A DNA stretch of 61,647 bases, filler included, from Globobulimina sp. (GCA_003354225.1; 17 parts of 17 records of this genome joined end to end with filler, not necessarily neighbours in it), one strand, 5' to 3'; shown: positions 1 to 12,980, counted from the first letter of the whole stretch. Numbers and translations are program-made. Notes: generated from the sequence alone by a model not told the origin.

Positions 1-866
1 TCGGGCGAAAAAGAGTTGGTGGTTTATCGTGACTGGACCAAAGGTAATATCAACAATGATTGGGGCGGTGTGATTGCTGAATTTGCACAACAAATCGATA
101 AAAATACCATCAGTGATACTGTCGCTTTGTTAGAAAATAATTTCACATCAGCAACATTAAGGTAATATATATTGTGTTTAATTTCTCTGTTGAATGTTTT
201 TTATGCCTCCATTTCAGTGATAGCATTGCTGTGAAAGTGACGATTATGGATGTTTGTAAAAGTTTTTTTAGATATAAATGTGTTTTGGGCTGCGGATTCC
301 CGCAGATTACATTGGATGGAAACAGAAATGATTGGATTTTATTAAAACAAAAAGCAGAGAAATTATTACAATCAAAAGTGGATAAAAAACTCGGTAAGAA
401 ATGGGGTAAGGCATTGTTGCCGATCTTAGATAAATTTATTGACACATTCAATGGCAAAATTGATTGTTTATTTTGGAACTCAATGATTAAAAGAGGTGGT
501 AAGCCGATTGGTTCCGGCGGACAAACATCGGAATGGTTTACTGGTTGGATCAATATATTGTTTCCGTATATTAATGAACGTGAAAATCCATTTTGTGAGC
601 CGTATCAGATGGATTTGGGATATGTGAAACAAGGATTAAGTGTAAATATGCTCAGACGGCAAGGATGGCAATGTGAAGAAAATAAATTTGGCCATGGGGT
701 TGACGTTGATGAGTATCCGGTTGGTATTGCATCTGCGCCTGTTTTATTAGTCGCAAATGGCAAGCAATATAATTTAAAATTTGTGAGTGGATTTATGGGA
801 TACAAACATGATGCAAAAACATTGGAAATTACACCAAATGTTTCTTGGTTTATTGGAGAAGAATAA
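1..866 (+). CDS. DUF4419 family protein, 5'-partial; exons 1-161 and 218-866
   Basis: GT..AG intron 162-217 joins NNFTSATL-S-DSIAVKVTIMDVCKSFFRY in frame; motifs CGFPQITLDGNRNDW, FWNSM and FTGWINILFPY match DUF4419. Confidence 0.8.
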
Positions 867-955
867 AAAAAAAGGACAGTTGTTACTTGTTAGTTGTTAC
901 TGATGTTTTCTTTTGTTAGTTTTACACATTTTTTGCTTCAAACATTAATAATATT

Positions 956-2854
956 ATGTTTATTACCCAATCTGTCACGAAAACAAGTAAAATTGGATGC
1001 ATAATGAATGCTGCAGAAGAACGCAGAGCAAAGAGAGTCAGCTCCAGTCCGAATGAAACAGGTAAAATGGTTGAAGATGAATATCGATTTGGTGAGCATT
1101 ATTTTTACACTTTGGAGTATAAAAAAGAGGAACATTATGTCATTCCAAAATATAAAACATTAAAAGAAGAAGTAACAAACAATGAAATATACGCAATACG
1201 ACTAAAAATATGGAATAAAACGACAAAAGCAGCGCAATTAATATTAGATAAAATGATTGAAGAATGTGAGGTGCATTGCATTAATCAATCGGAATGTTTC
1301 CACAAATTTGGCATAAGATTGTATGCGAGAGATCACCAATATTATAACAAAAGATATAATATCAAATGTGCACAGAAACTATCTGTACAGCATCTATTGG
1401 CAATAAAACTATTCTTTGATAATAGTACATTTCCATCGAAACTGCGTCAAACGTATTGGAGTAAAAATGAAAATGACACATTCGACGATATTAAAAGCAG
1501 ACATGCCAATTTTGCGCATATTTGCAGACATTTGTGTGAAGCTATTTATTTGTATGGGAATAAATTACAACAAGATATACACTCATATGTATACAGAGGG
1601 GTATCACAAGTGACATTTGCATGGTTTAATGCAACATTTGCCGGTCCCGTATCAATCACAGATGATATAATTGTTGCGAGAGGGTTTGCAGCAAATGGCT
1701 CCATTTTACAATTACAATCTGGTGAAAATGGCGAAATGTATATTTATGGTGGTGCCGAATTTTGCAGCTTATCAAGTTATGCGCACGAAAGAGAATATTT
1801 AATGTGGACGCCATCTCTCCATATTATTGACATACCGTTCTCAATTAATAAACCTCGCCATGTTGAACCATACATATCTGCAATGCGATTATTTCAAACA
1901 ATTATAACTGGACATTTGTTGAGTCATAATCAGCAGAAATGTTTATTAAATGACCATATACAAAATATATTAAATGTATTAATTAAATGGAGAAATACAA
2001 GCAACGATGCAGAATTAATTGCATTTGTTAAAAACGAAGAGAGAGAAAGAATTAATTCATTCCAATTGGCGAAGGAATCATCATTATCAGCCAGGCAATC
2101 ACTATCTGACTATAATACATTATCAAAATTATCAAAATCATCATTGCATGAAAATATAAAATTCATTAAAGATCTATGTGGCGCAGTATTTGACAATTTA
2201 TCCAATAAAAAAAAGCTATTTTGGTGTCATGCAAACGTAAATACACTAAATTCGAATTTGCAGCAAAATATAGAAACACTATTATTACAAACAAAAGAAT
2301 GTAAAATATTGGAATGTAAAACGTTGCACTGGAAAATATGTGTAAATAGTTTAGAAAATGGGGAAAATTTAAATGATAAATACTTAGTAATTACTGAGTA
2401 TTTAAAAAATGAAATTGTTGACATAGATTTGTTAAATATGTTTTTGAAATGTGACGAAATAATGGATTGCATCGGAGAGTGTTTTGAGTGTAGATATGCT
2501 TTGGATTATATATGTGATTGGAAATGCGATATGAGATATAAAAATGAGTTATATTTTATAAATCCTGTGGTATTATTAATTCCTACGTCGTGCAGAGCAA
2601 ATAATAAATGGTATGATATTAGAATACAAATTGCAAATATGAAAGACATAAAAGGCAAAGAAAATTTAAAATGGTCATTTGATATATTATGCGATGAATT
2701 AAATATTTGTTTGCATTTTGGTGAGAAATATGTTATTTCTTATACAGAGCGAAAACATACACAAATAATATCAAACAATCAAATAAAACAATTGATAAAT
2801 GATAAAAAGGATATTATTTGGAAGATTGCCTTTCGGTTTTCTCATTCAAATTAA
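956..2854 (+). CDS. 632-aa protein with an ADP-ribosyltransferase-like (R-S-E class) central domain
   Basis: Intronless ORF with VYRGV ... GPVSIT ... VARGFA ... SSYAHEREYL in the order expected for the ART R, S and ExE motifs. Confidence 0.6.
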   Translation: MFITQSVTKTSKIGCIMNAAEERRAKRVSSSPNETGKMVEDEYRFGEHYFYTLEYKKEEHYVIPKYKTLKEEVTNNEIYAIRLKIWNKTTKAAQLILDKMIEECEVHCINQSECFHKFGIRLYARDHQYYNKRYNIKCAQKLSVQHLLAIKLFFDNSTFPSKLRQTYWSKNENDTFDDIKSRHANFAHICRHLCEAIYLYGNKLQQDIHSYVYRGVSQVTFAWFNATFAGPVSITDDIIVARGFAANGSILQLQSGENGEMYIYGGAEFCSLSSYAHEREYLMWTPSLHIIDIPFSINKPRHVEPYISAMRLFQTIITGHLLSHNQQKCLLNDHIQNILNVLIKWRNTSNDAELIAFVKNEERERINSFQLAKESSLSARQSLSDYNTLSKLSKSSLHENIKFIKDLCGAVFDNLSNKKKLFWCHANVNTLNSNLQQNIETLLLQTKECKILECKTLHWKICVNSLENGENLNDKYLVITEYLKNEIVDIDLLNMFLKCDEIMDCIGECFECRYALDYICDWKCDMRYKNELYFINPVVLLIPTSCRANNKWYDIRIQIANMKDIKGKENLKWSFDILCDELNICLHFGEKYVISYTERKHTQIISNNQIKQLINDKKDIIWKIAFRFSHSN

Positions 2855-2912
2855 TTTGTTTCAGATCTCAGATATAGTTTGTTTGTTTCAGATATAGTTT
2901 GTTTCAGATTTC
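2855..2912. repeat. Short imperfect tandem repeat (tttgtttcagat/atag units, about 3 copies)
   Basis: tttgtttcagatctcagatatagtttgtttgtttcagatatagtttgtttcagat directly after the stop codon. Confidence 0.6.
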
Positions 2913-2970
2913 CGACTTCGGAGTTTTTTGCAGCTACAGTTTTTACTTTGAAACACCGCCGAAATTAAAC

Positions 2971-3537
2971 ATGACACTCATGCTTTGCCATTTGAGTTTA
3001 TTATCATTTATAGTAATTGTTCCAACAATTAACGCATTGGGCACAGGAAACATAGGATGCTTTGTGGATATCGGTGAGCAATCGGATCGTAAAACTGATA
3101 TTGTCATTTATTCTCACAACAAAGTGACAGCATTCAAACAACGTCACAGCATTCAAACAAAAGGTATGCATAATCTTTCTATTGATTATAATTATCATTT
3201 AAACATTAAAAATTCTGTTAACAAATAATCAGATTTCCATGAATACGCAAACTTTACCACAGCAGGCAAAGTCCAATCTGTCTCCGCAATGGATTGGACC
3301 AAGAATGGAGTGGCAGATTTATTTGTTGTGACAGAGACACTCAATAACTTCCAACTGACTGTGTGGGAAAACAACCAAAATGTATTCGAAAACAACCCAT
3401 CAACAATTGACTTGGCTGAAAAACATGTATTAATACTTGACGCCAACGGCGATTTCATTCCTGATGTCTTCGGAAAAAAATATGTAACCAATGATGCATC
3501 GCAACCACAAACTGAACAAACCGAAGGATTCTGGTTT
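2971..3537 (+). CDS. ITFG1: FG-GAP repeat protein, T-cell immunomodulatory protein/LINKIN-like, 3'-partial; intron 3164-3232
   Basis: Signal-peptide-like N-terminus; the intron removes an in-frame TAA; DWTKNGVADLFV and LDANGDFIPDVFG FG-GAP motifs. Confidence 0.6.
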
Positions 3538-3637
3538 NNNNNNNNNNNNNNNNNNNNNNNNNNNNNNNNNNNNNNNNNNNNTTAATTAATTAANNNNNNN
3601 NNNNNNNNNNNNNNNNNNNNNNNNNNNNNNNNNNNNN
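3538..3637. other. Artificial contig linker N44-TTAATTAATTAA-N44 (first of 16; others start at 7175, 10811, 14446, 18080, 21713, 25346, 28979, 32611, 36242, 39873, 43503, 47132, 50761, 54390, 58019)
   Basis: Identical 100-nt spacer with a six-frame stop core; intervening segments never increase in length (3537 to 3529 bp), i.e. size-sorted concatenated contigs. Confidence 0.99.
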
Positions 3638-4290
3638 AATTAAAGTAAAAAAACTTTCTTTAGTTTTAGTTTTAGTCATTGAAAAGTTTGAAAGGATCTG
3701 AGTTTGATTGGTTTGATAGGATCTATGTAAAGATTGAAAAGATTGAAAGGTTTGATAACCAGATCTTTTCAAACCTGCAGAACCATCAAATTTTGGGATA
3801 AACTAAAGCTTTGTATATATTCACTAAATGCCTTGCAATGAGATCGCTTGCATATTTATAACGTTTGTAAATATTCACAAACTTAATTTTTCCATTTATT
3901 ACAACTGACCGGAACTGGGCATTCCAATCTAATTTCGATCCAATCAACCGATATTCCTAAATATCTTATTTTGTCAAATTTCTTCGTAATTGGCTGGTCT
4001 CACATTTTCAGCTCAAAATAGCACGCTTTATGTTCCACATCTGCAATGACCATATAATTCTGTTTTATAGGCTGTAAAACAGTCGTTTATTCTTCGCTAA
4101 ATTGCTGCAATGACATTACTGTCATTTTTTGAGTTTGTCAAATCACATAGCACTTGTTGCGATGGAGGAAAATTTCTTTGTTCTGGAGTTTTTCAAACAA
4201 AAAAAAACTTCAGTGAGTAGTCTAGCAATGGAATCTAGGACCTAGGGTTCAATTTTAATTCCGTAATTCTCCTTAACTGAACCAAAATAA

Positions 4291-5016
4291 ATGTACAAAA
4301 TCAAACAAAGAAAGCAGAAACCGATTACTGCAGTTGTATTAAACACACATCGAAATAAAGCAAGTCGCTCAGAACTGTTGGTATCAGGCTATATTCATGA
4401 AAATGAGCAACAATTTGAACTGTATATGAATATACCAAACGGTTTGATATCAATGGTCACATCATTCTATCCAACATTAATAGGATTCGGAATACATAAT
4501 AAAACACATTTTATTGTCTCAGAGCATGGTACAATTTTACGAGGCCATAACGCTCACAGTTGTTCAGGGTATATGGTATATGCTTTTTTTTCAGAACAAG
4601 ACAAGAATGGATATAATTCTGGTGTCCATACATGGTCATTGCTATCCTTATCACCCCGTTCGAGTCATTGCTATCAAAGTATTGGCATTACAACGCATAA
4701 ACCCTCACAAGCATGGATTGAAACAAAAACATCGCATTGGCCGCATGATAATATTTCAATTAACGATAATTTTCCGAAAAAATATTTTTATGCGGGATAT
4801 AATGAGATATGGGAACAAAATGAAGTTGTTTCTGTCCGCTTAAATTGCAATGATTGGACTGTCACATTTTTTAAAGGAATACGGCAGATCAAGTTTCATC
4901 AAATTATGAAGTATAGATCTTATTATTTAGCATTGTCATGTTGTGCATCGAGCAGTATCGTACACTTGAAATCTGTCCCATTCCCTGCCGATATATTGTA
5001 TCTTATGCACAAGTGA
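4291..5016 (+). CDS. B30.2/SPRY-like domain protein
   Basis: GYNSGVHTWS, SIGIT, VVSVRLNCNDWTVTFFKG, YYLALS beta-strand pattern; N-terminal LLVSGYI..IP..LI..FY helix. Confidence 0.6.
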   Translation: MYKIKQRKQKPITAVVLNTHRNKASRSELLVSGYIHENEQQFELYMNIPNGLISMVTSFYPTLIGFGIHNKTHFIVSEHGTILRGHNAHSCSGYMVYAFFSEQDKNGYNSGVHTWSLLSLSPRSSHCYQSIGITTHKPSQAWIETKTSHWPHDNISINDNFPKKYFYAGYNEIWEQNEVVSVRLNCNDWTVTFFKGIRQIKFHQIMKYRSYYLALSCCASSSIVHLKSVPFPADILYLMHK

Positions 5017-5183
5017 TGGAATTTTGATTGAATCTTTGAATGCGCGCTCTTCGTAAATTATAAAGTCTTCATTGTGCAAGGATTATTGTGCGAAAACTCA
5101 TTTACTTTACTTTAATTTCTACCTATTTGACCTGAATAGTGGCAATATAGAATTTACTCTTTGTTTATGGACAATGCATCTGT

Positions 5184-6983
5184 CTATTCAGCAAGAAATG
5201 AAACAATTACATTTGCAATGTCCGATCCTAACTGTTTGTTTATAATGGAATAAAGTTGATAGACTGTGGCTGCATTATAATAATATCCAATATTTTTCCT
5301 GACTGCTGACTTGATGACATAATTTCCAAATGATATCAAACAAAAAGAATAATGTATTTCATTGCAAATAACAATGACTATTCCACCCACAATGACCATA
5401 CTTAAACATTGCAAAATAATCACAATCCAAACAATAATATTACATTCATTATAATTATAAAAAATGAAATAACTCATTATAAATATCGGTAAAAATATAA
5501 ACCGTATCACTCGCGATATGATATATAACATAAAACAAATAATTTTATAAATCGTTGCCGCGTTCATATAAATATTGCCGTCACCATCATCAGCATCAAA
5601 TATTGAGCAAACAATCCAGTTTTTTATGGTTGATTTCTTATTCTTTAATTGCTTCAATGATGCATTATTAAAATTGGTTTTACATTGTTTGATCAAATAT
5701 TCTTTAATACACAATTCTCGTTTTAGTATAGCATCCGAATGGTTTTCCATTTTGGTGTCTAATATCAAAGCATTCACCATACACAACCTGCAAATCTTAT
5801 CTTTGACATTAAAGTAATTCAAAATATTGCAATGTTTATCGTCAATGGTTATATTGTTCACAATCCACGACAATAAATTCCAGTCAATGTGATTGAGAGC
5901 GCGCGAATTATATCGACACACATACTCTTTATAGTGATTGTATGCGATTGGCAGGAAAACACAGCACGTTGCTTCAACTACGGCAACGCACAAAATTCCC
6001 GACAATATATAGCATAGAAAAATGATAATAATTTTTTCAACGGCATTGCTGGGCTCACCCGCCCAATGTCGCCCTTCTTTGTAAGCAATTTGAGTCGCCA
6101 TCAATGGAACTCCTACCAAAGCATTATAGAAATACAACCGTACCACAATATTATCAGTGTCATAAAAGCAGTAAATAATCATAAAAAAGATAGTAAAATA
6201 ATCAATCATCCAACACAACAAATATAACAGAAACGAATGATTCAGGTTTTGCTTGGAAGACTTTGCCAGGATTTGGAGCAATTGAAACTGTTTATTTTCT
6301 GCACTGATACATATTATTACCATTATCACGGACAACGCATTGAATATAAACGATAGAATAAAAAAAATGTTGCAGCTCAGCATGATTAGTATTATCATCA
6401 TCAGACTCTGAGGCAATGACACTATCAATGCAAACACCCAAAAACTCATTAATCGGCGAGAATCTTTCCATTTGTCGTAAATGTTATAATCTTTGCTGTA
6501 GACGGCGAACATAATCGGTGCAATGAAAATGGATAATGACAGCATTGAAACATAGATTAAAACATGGAACGTATCGGATTTGTTAGGGAAATTTTGCTGA
6601 GTTAACGAGTATGCCATTAACACCGAAAAAGCAATGTTGCCAAGCGAGCCAATCATAAATAATGACAATAAAATATAAAAGAAGATCGTCATATTATTGG
6701 TATGTAATGATATTAGACATAAAACGGTTGTGATAAATGATAAAATAAACAGTAAACTGATCACAATGTCGAATATATAATTATTTATCAAAATATCTGG
6801 ATCAATTTTTAAGTAATCCAATCTCTCCATGGTCGATTTCAAATTGTTATAGGAGCGGGGCATAAAATTATTTTTCAAGATTCTGCTGGATGTTTCGCTT
6901 TGGGTCCTGATGGTGTCAAATCCGCATTCAATGGGTGTTTCACAGAATGGCCTTCTCTCCACGGCAAGCAACAGAGTTGCCAT
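5184..6983 (-). CDS. Multi-pass membrane protein of unknown function, 599 aa
   Basis: Long intact ORF with about 10 hydrophobic segments. Confidence 0.7.
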   Translation of the reverse strand: MATLLLAVERRPFCETPIECGFDTIRTQSETSSRILKNNFMPRSYNNLKSTMERLDYLKIDPDILINNYIFDIVISLLFILSFITTVLCLISLHTNNMTIFFYILLSLFMIGSLGNIAFSVLMAYSLTQQNFPNKSDTFHVLIYVSMLSLSIFIAPIMFAVYSKDYNIYDKWKDSRRLMSFWVFALIVSLPQSLMMIILIMLSCNIFFILSFIFNALSVIMVIICISAENKQFQLLQILAKSSKQNLNHSFLLYLLCWMIDYFTIFFMIIYCFYDTDNIVVRLYFYNALVGVPLMATQIAYKEGRHWAGEPSNAVEKIIIIFLCYILSGILCVAVVEATCCVFLPIAYNHYKEYVCRYNSRALNHIDWNLLSWIVNNITIDDKHCNILNYFNVKDKICRLCMVNALILDTKMENHSDAILKRELCIKEYLIKQCKTNFNNASLKQLKNKKSTIKNWIVCSIFDADDGDGNIYMNAATIYKIICFMLYIISRVIRFIFLPIFIMSYFIFYNYNECNIIVWIVIILQCLSMVIVGGIVIVICNEIHYSFCLISFGNYVIKSAVRKNIGYYYNAATVYQLYSIINKQLGSDIANVIVSFLAE

Positions 6984-7274
6984 TGTTTCAACAAAAATAA
7001 GAAATTTTTATAGTGAAGAAATTGTTGACTCAATCAATATCAATCACATTTTTCCAATTCAACACAGCTTATTTTATTCAATACACCACGACTGTTCACG
7101 AGCTATGGCATTTGAGTGTGTTTTTTCAATTTCAAGTTTTAATCTGAGAAGTTAAACATAAGCATGGCAGTTTCNNNNNNNNNNNNNNNNNNNNNNNNNN
7201 NNNNNNNNNNNNNNNNNNTTAATTAATTAANNNNNNNNNNNNNNNNNNNNNNNNNNNNNNNNNNNNNNNNNNNN

Positions 7275-7962
7275 GATAATTTTGTGAGGCTCTCTCTATT
7301 ATTCCCGGATCGGTAAAATTGGTTTTGAATAAAAAATATAATGAACTCCATGTTAATGGCAATGACACAAACATTAATATTAAATAAGATACGGTGTCAT
7401 TTGATTCTATATACCATAATTTATGAGTTAACCAATAATATCCATACAATGGCAATAATATTAATATTAATGTTAATGATAAAGTAGCAAATTGAGATAA
7501 TGGGCCGGCAATAAGATGGCGATTACAACAAATCAAATTGTTGCCTTCAAAGCCAGCTATCACTCTTCTTTCGCTTTCATAACAACTACAACAGGCCGCA
7601 CAGACAATGTTTATGCACGATCGATCGGCAAAAGGATCTGCATATTTGTATTCATATTCATATTCATCAATCCCTACACCCATATTATTGCTTATTTCAA
7701 TACCATCATTAATTAGTTTTGTTGTTGTTGTGGCTGTTTCCTTTTCATTTATCTCAATTACTTGATGTTGTCCACTCGCTGTTGTTGTTGTTGTCTGTTC
7801 CTTTGCATTTATTAATGATACTGTTAAATTATCATCATTTTTTTTCGACGCTTTAGATTTTATTTTTTTAATTAAATCGGATCCTGTTTGCATGTTATTG
7901 CTGCTACTGCTGTTTGGAGATCGCTCTTTGTCAGACAATGGTTCTAATTCAGGTGAATGCAT
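7275..7962 (-). CDS. DHHC palmitoyltransferase (ERF2/ZDHHC9-like), N-terminal part, 3'-partial
   Basis: GNNLICCNRHLIAGP, two TM helices, then FTDPGII; the DHHC core would lie beyond the contig end. Confidence 0.7.
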
Positions 7963-8123
7963 ATTACGTCAAGGATTTTCAATTAAGTGACGGTTTTTGA
8001 GTAAGCTTGTTCACAGAGAAACATTGTTGGCGACTTGGCGAGGAGAGATATCGAAAAAAAAGGACAAGCTGTCGAGCTCAAAAAAATAAATACTATAAAT
8101 AGTAATCATTGTCATTGTCACAG

Positions 8124-10172
8124 TCACTCAACACTTTTTTGTACAAAAGAGTACAACCGTTTTGCATAAGAATCAGGATCAATGGCAGATATTTTACTTT
8201 TATCAGTCGCTAATCCCTTGACAAATGTTTCAACCTTTTTTTTTGCGGTGTACTGCTGCAGGAAATCAATTATGCCACAATAATAAATTGCATCCTTCTG
8301 TGGAATGTGTTGTTGTTTATATTTTATTGCATTCAATTTATCATTTTCTTCTTCTCCGTAATCATAACACATTCCACCATCTTCATATACAAATAATTTG
8401 CCAACACGCCATCTGTCATTATTTTCTTCCTTTTTTATTTGGTTTCGAAAATGTATGCCAATTAACAGCGAATAGTCCATCACATTCATTCCAGTCAAAA
8501 ATTTTAAATCGTTGTCCAATTGACCAAGAAAGAAACTTGACCTTATTTTGCCAAGTTTTATTATTTGTTTATCTTGGATCCAATCCAAATCTTTTAATAT
8601 TTTACTTCTTTTCCATACTTCGATATTATTTATAAATTTATCCTCATCAGACTTAATTACATTGATTTTAGCAAATTCATCATTATGCGTCGGTTGATAC
8701 CATGATGGCGAATATCTATGCATTATATTATCGACTGTTTCTTCATCCTCTTCGTCGTAATTCTCATCCAACTCAACCAAGGCATCAATCGCCGAGGTCG
8801 ACGCATTAGCATTGATCACATTCATTGCATTATAATCATTGTTATCTAACACCATTTTGTGTCTCGTCGCCTGTCTTTTATGTGTCGACCCTTTCAAATC
8901 GTACACTTTGTGCGTATTATGTGCAGGCACCACTGAGTGATGAATATTTTTCATAATCATGAAATATATATCATTGATTCTATAGACGCCCAATATTTTA
9001 GTTAACAATGAGTCGATATTTATTATCATATACTTATAATAACTAAATAAAAATGTATGACGAAAAAACATCAATTCATCGTATTTCAATGCTTTGATTA
9101 TAAATAAATTATCTTTTGATCTATAAAATAATTGTCCAGATTTACTATTTGTTATCAATGATTTCCAAAAGCACTTTGTCGCATATTCAATATCTATGTT
9201 ATTCTTATTTTTTTGGTTAATGCCATATAATTTATATAAATATTTGAATTTTTTTAACCCAAATTGTCTCCGTAATAATCCAAATATTTTATGTGCATAT
9301 TCTTCAAATTCAAACTCTCCATTTTCTTCTTTTATTTTGGTTGTAGATAAACACTCTTTTTTTAATTCTTTATCAGTCATTTTATTATTTATATTTTTAT
9401 TCGCATTGTACAACATGACATTTTTAATGCCTTTTAATATATTCCTTATTATTTCTGTATTTTGCGGTGGTTTGGAGGAAGATGATAACGACGAAGAGAC
9501 ATTAAATAATTTGGGTGTACTATGATTTGAATGGGAATAATTTGATTCGAAAATAGAATTCGAAGGCGATAACAAAGAAGATGCAAATGTTGACGTTGAT
9601 GTTGATGAAGAAGAAGATGTCGGCGAGGCATATTTATCAATATCAATGGTTTTTGACTCAAAATGCTCGGTGCCTTTGCTGAGTTTGTTGTCTTTTTCCT
9701 TTTATATATTTTATGTATATTTTGTATTATTAGTAAAACAATTTTCTTGAACAAAATGTGATAGGGAATATTTATGTGTTGGGTTTTCAATTTTTCTCTT
9801 TAAATATATCGATAATTTTGTGTCATTTAACATTGATTGTAATTGTGTGCATGAAATAGATTCAAAAACTGAAGCATTTAACATAAATCCTTGTTCATTT
9901 AGGAATTGCCACAACAAATGCGGTGTTATGTGATAAACAAACTCTTCGATATCAATGCTATCTATGCATAAATTATCCAAATTTAAATTGAAAAATAATG
10001 CACACAAAGGAGCAATCACTGGATCTTTATAATAAGTACCTACTTTTGTGTTTTTTTCCTTTGCCATCGAAATTGCATATATTTCTTGTGCCCGCGATTT
10101 TGGTCTATTCTTAGCATCATTATAGCTGTACTGATTATGTTGTGACGAGAATATGAAAGCAGAAGGTTCCAT
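8124..10172 (-). CDS. Phosphatidylinositol phosphate kinase (PIP5K family); intron 9699-9752
   Basis: SKSGQLFY, FIIK, YDLKGS, LKDLDW, MDYSLLIGIH, GIIDFLQQY motifs; ORFs 9711-10187 and 8124-9575 share a frame and a 54-nt GT..AG intron removes two TAA. Confidence 0.9.
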
Positions 10173-11079
10173 TAAGCTGCAACACAAGTTTTCTTAATCA
10201 AAAAGTGTTTTCATTTTTACGCGACAAAAAACGATAATTGAAATAATAAAGCACACCACAAAGGAATGTAACATAATACTCAAGAAAAATAAAAAAAACA
10301 ATCTATTCAAAAAATCGGAGTGCTTGCAACACTCACTGTACTTTCCTTTGTTTAAAATAATAAATCAAAGGAGAAATGTAATGGAAATGGTCAGTTAAAA
10401 TTGCATAGAAAACAAAAAAAAAATAAAAAACACATTTTTAAAATATGCATTATTTCACTGTTCTTTGATAGCAAAGCTACAGTAAAACAAAAACATATTA
10501 AAAATTCATCCATTCCATTAAAAAAAAAACAAAAAAAAAAATGAAAACCAACACAGACTAAATATGATCAATGATTTTTAATGATATTTGTTCATTTTGT
10601 TGTGGTGTTATTGGAAAAGTGCAATCAACACTCTTTAAAAACACATAGAAAATAACAAATGTTGCAAAAAATGCTAATAAAATGCTACTAAAACAAATTG
10701 ACACTTTTGTGGTGTTTTATTAAAAAAAGCAAAAACAACAAATTAATTTGCAATGATCGATATAAACAATAAAAATAATAATAACATATAATTTATAAGC
10801 AATCAAATTANNNNNNNNNNNNNNNNNNNNNNNNNNNNNNNNNNNNNNNNNNNNTTAATTAATTAANNNNNNNNNNNNNNNNNNNNNNNNNNNNNNNNNN
10901 NNNNNNNNNNATATCCGCATAGCGGAGCAAGTATACACTTGTTCCGCAACACTTCAAAGACGAACAAATATAAAATAATTAATTAAATAAAACATATTTT
11001 TAATGGTGCAATGATACTCAGTTAAGATCAGCAAAAATCAAACAAATAAAAATAAACACACAAAGAAAAACTAAAAAAG

Positions 11080-12980
11080 TCACTGGCATTATGGCCGGTG
11101 CCAATATATCGTCACAATTAAAAAACCCGTCGCTTAATATCCCAACCGGTACATTATCAGCAATTTGCATTACGACCACAACCTATGTAACATTGGTGCT
11201 GTTATTGGGAGCAATCGTGCTTCGCGACACATTAGTAAGCAATCAACTAATTTTACAATTAATTTCTGTGAACAAACTGTTATTTTTAATGGGCGTATTT
11301 GCAGCGTCGTTATCTGCTGCTATGACATCGCTAACCAGTGCACCATCCATACTAAAGGCGGTTGTTGACGACGAGATTGTACCTATATTATCACCAATGT
11401 GTGGTGGTGGGTCGAATTCTAACAAAACACTCATTATATCTGTAATAATCGCCTTTTGTTGCAATTTATTAGGCTCTTTAAACATGGTCGCACCATTAAT
11501 TACTGATTTTTATTTAATTGCGTATTGTATAATAAATTTAAGCTGTTTTCTGTCGTCGATGAGCAAGAGTCCAGGTTGGCGGCCATCGTTTTCTTATTAT
11601 AATAAATATTTAGCTCTTTGCGGCTCGATATTGTGTATAATATTTATGATATTTAGCTCTTGGATGTATGCGTTATTTGCTTTACTGATCGCATTTGCAT
11701 TGTTTAAGTATATCAATCATATCGATCCCGACGTTGATTGGGGCAAAGTACAAGAATCCAGATTGTATTACGACGCATTTAAATCCGTATTAAAATTAGA
11801 TAAAGGACATTATGGTGCTGCGGCGAAGCAATTTCATGTAAAACATTGGCGTCCAGGTTTTTTAGTATTGTGTGGCGATCCTTTGCATCGTCCACATTTA
11901 ATACATTTCGCAAACACTTTATGCAAATCGCATTCGCCAACTTTTTTTGCAACAATTCGCACCGACATTGACTGTTTGTACAGAACAAATGTCTGCAAAT
12001 TTCACCAACAAAATTATGGAAATTACCTACCACGAAAACTATTAAATAGCGGTAAAAAAGGATTCTTCGAATCTGTATTTGCTGAGTCATTCCGTAGCGG
12101 CGTGTTGATGTTAATGCAGTGCGTTGGTTTAGGTTCGTTGCGGCCAAATACATTGGTTTTAGGCTATAGACACAATTGGCAGTTAAACATGAAAGTATCC
12201 TATCAATACATTGAAGTTATTCGAGATGCGTTGGAAATGGGATATGCCATCATGTTGTTACGGGATTTCAGTTATATCGATTGGACAAAAGATATATGTA
12301 ACAATAAAACATCTGACTCTGTCAAAATAAATCTAGAAAACAGTGCGAACATAGCTCCACAGAAAAATAGGCAGAAAAATAGTTTTTCACTAGCAAATAA
12401 TAGTGAGTCCTATATTGATGTGTGGTGGTTAATAGACGACGGCGGATTAACTGTCTTATTGCCATATATTATGAAATTGCATACGTTTTGGAGTGGCTGT
12501 AAGTTGCGGTTGAACATTATTACAAATTCAAATGTTGTATCTGAAGAATATCTGAATGTGTATCATTTGATGAATCAATTTAGATTACCCTACGAAGAGC
12601 CACATTTAATTGAAGTTGATTCGGACAATGAACAGCCTACAAAAGCTACGCTGAATAGGTTTAAACAACTGACAGATGATCAGATTGATTTTGACTCTGA
12701 TTTAATTCGACCAAATGTTATTAAAAAATGGTTAAAAGTTTCGGAATTAGTACATAAACATAGCAGTAATTCACAGCTCATTGTTTTAACATTGCCATTA
12801 CCGACAAGATTCTATAAATATGATGACGACGATGTTTCATCGAGTGACGAATTGCAAGACTCAAAGTATATGAATGGCAAAGTATATTTTGCCATTTTAG
12901 AAATGTTAACTGAATCATTGCCACCAGTTATTTTAATAAGAGGTAATGGACAAAGTGCATTAACATTTTATTCTGAATGA
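11080..12980 (+). CDS. SLC12 cation-chloride cotransporter, C-terminal part (5'-partial)
   Basis: (V)TGIMAGANIS, SPGWRPSFSYY, VKHWRP, GLGSLRPNTLVLGY, IDVWWLIDDGGL, LIRGNGQSALTFYS. Confidence 0.93.

Noticed and set aside
4212..4255. Possible tRNA gene
   Set aside because: Only a GGTTCAATT-like loop; no convincing stems
9699..9752. In-frame TAA codons in PIP5K and ITFG1 as a ciliate-type genetic code
   Set aside because: Each lies in a plausible GT..AG intron; many kilobase-long ORFs have no TAA/TAG, and TAA ends conserved genes
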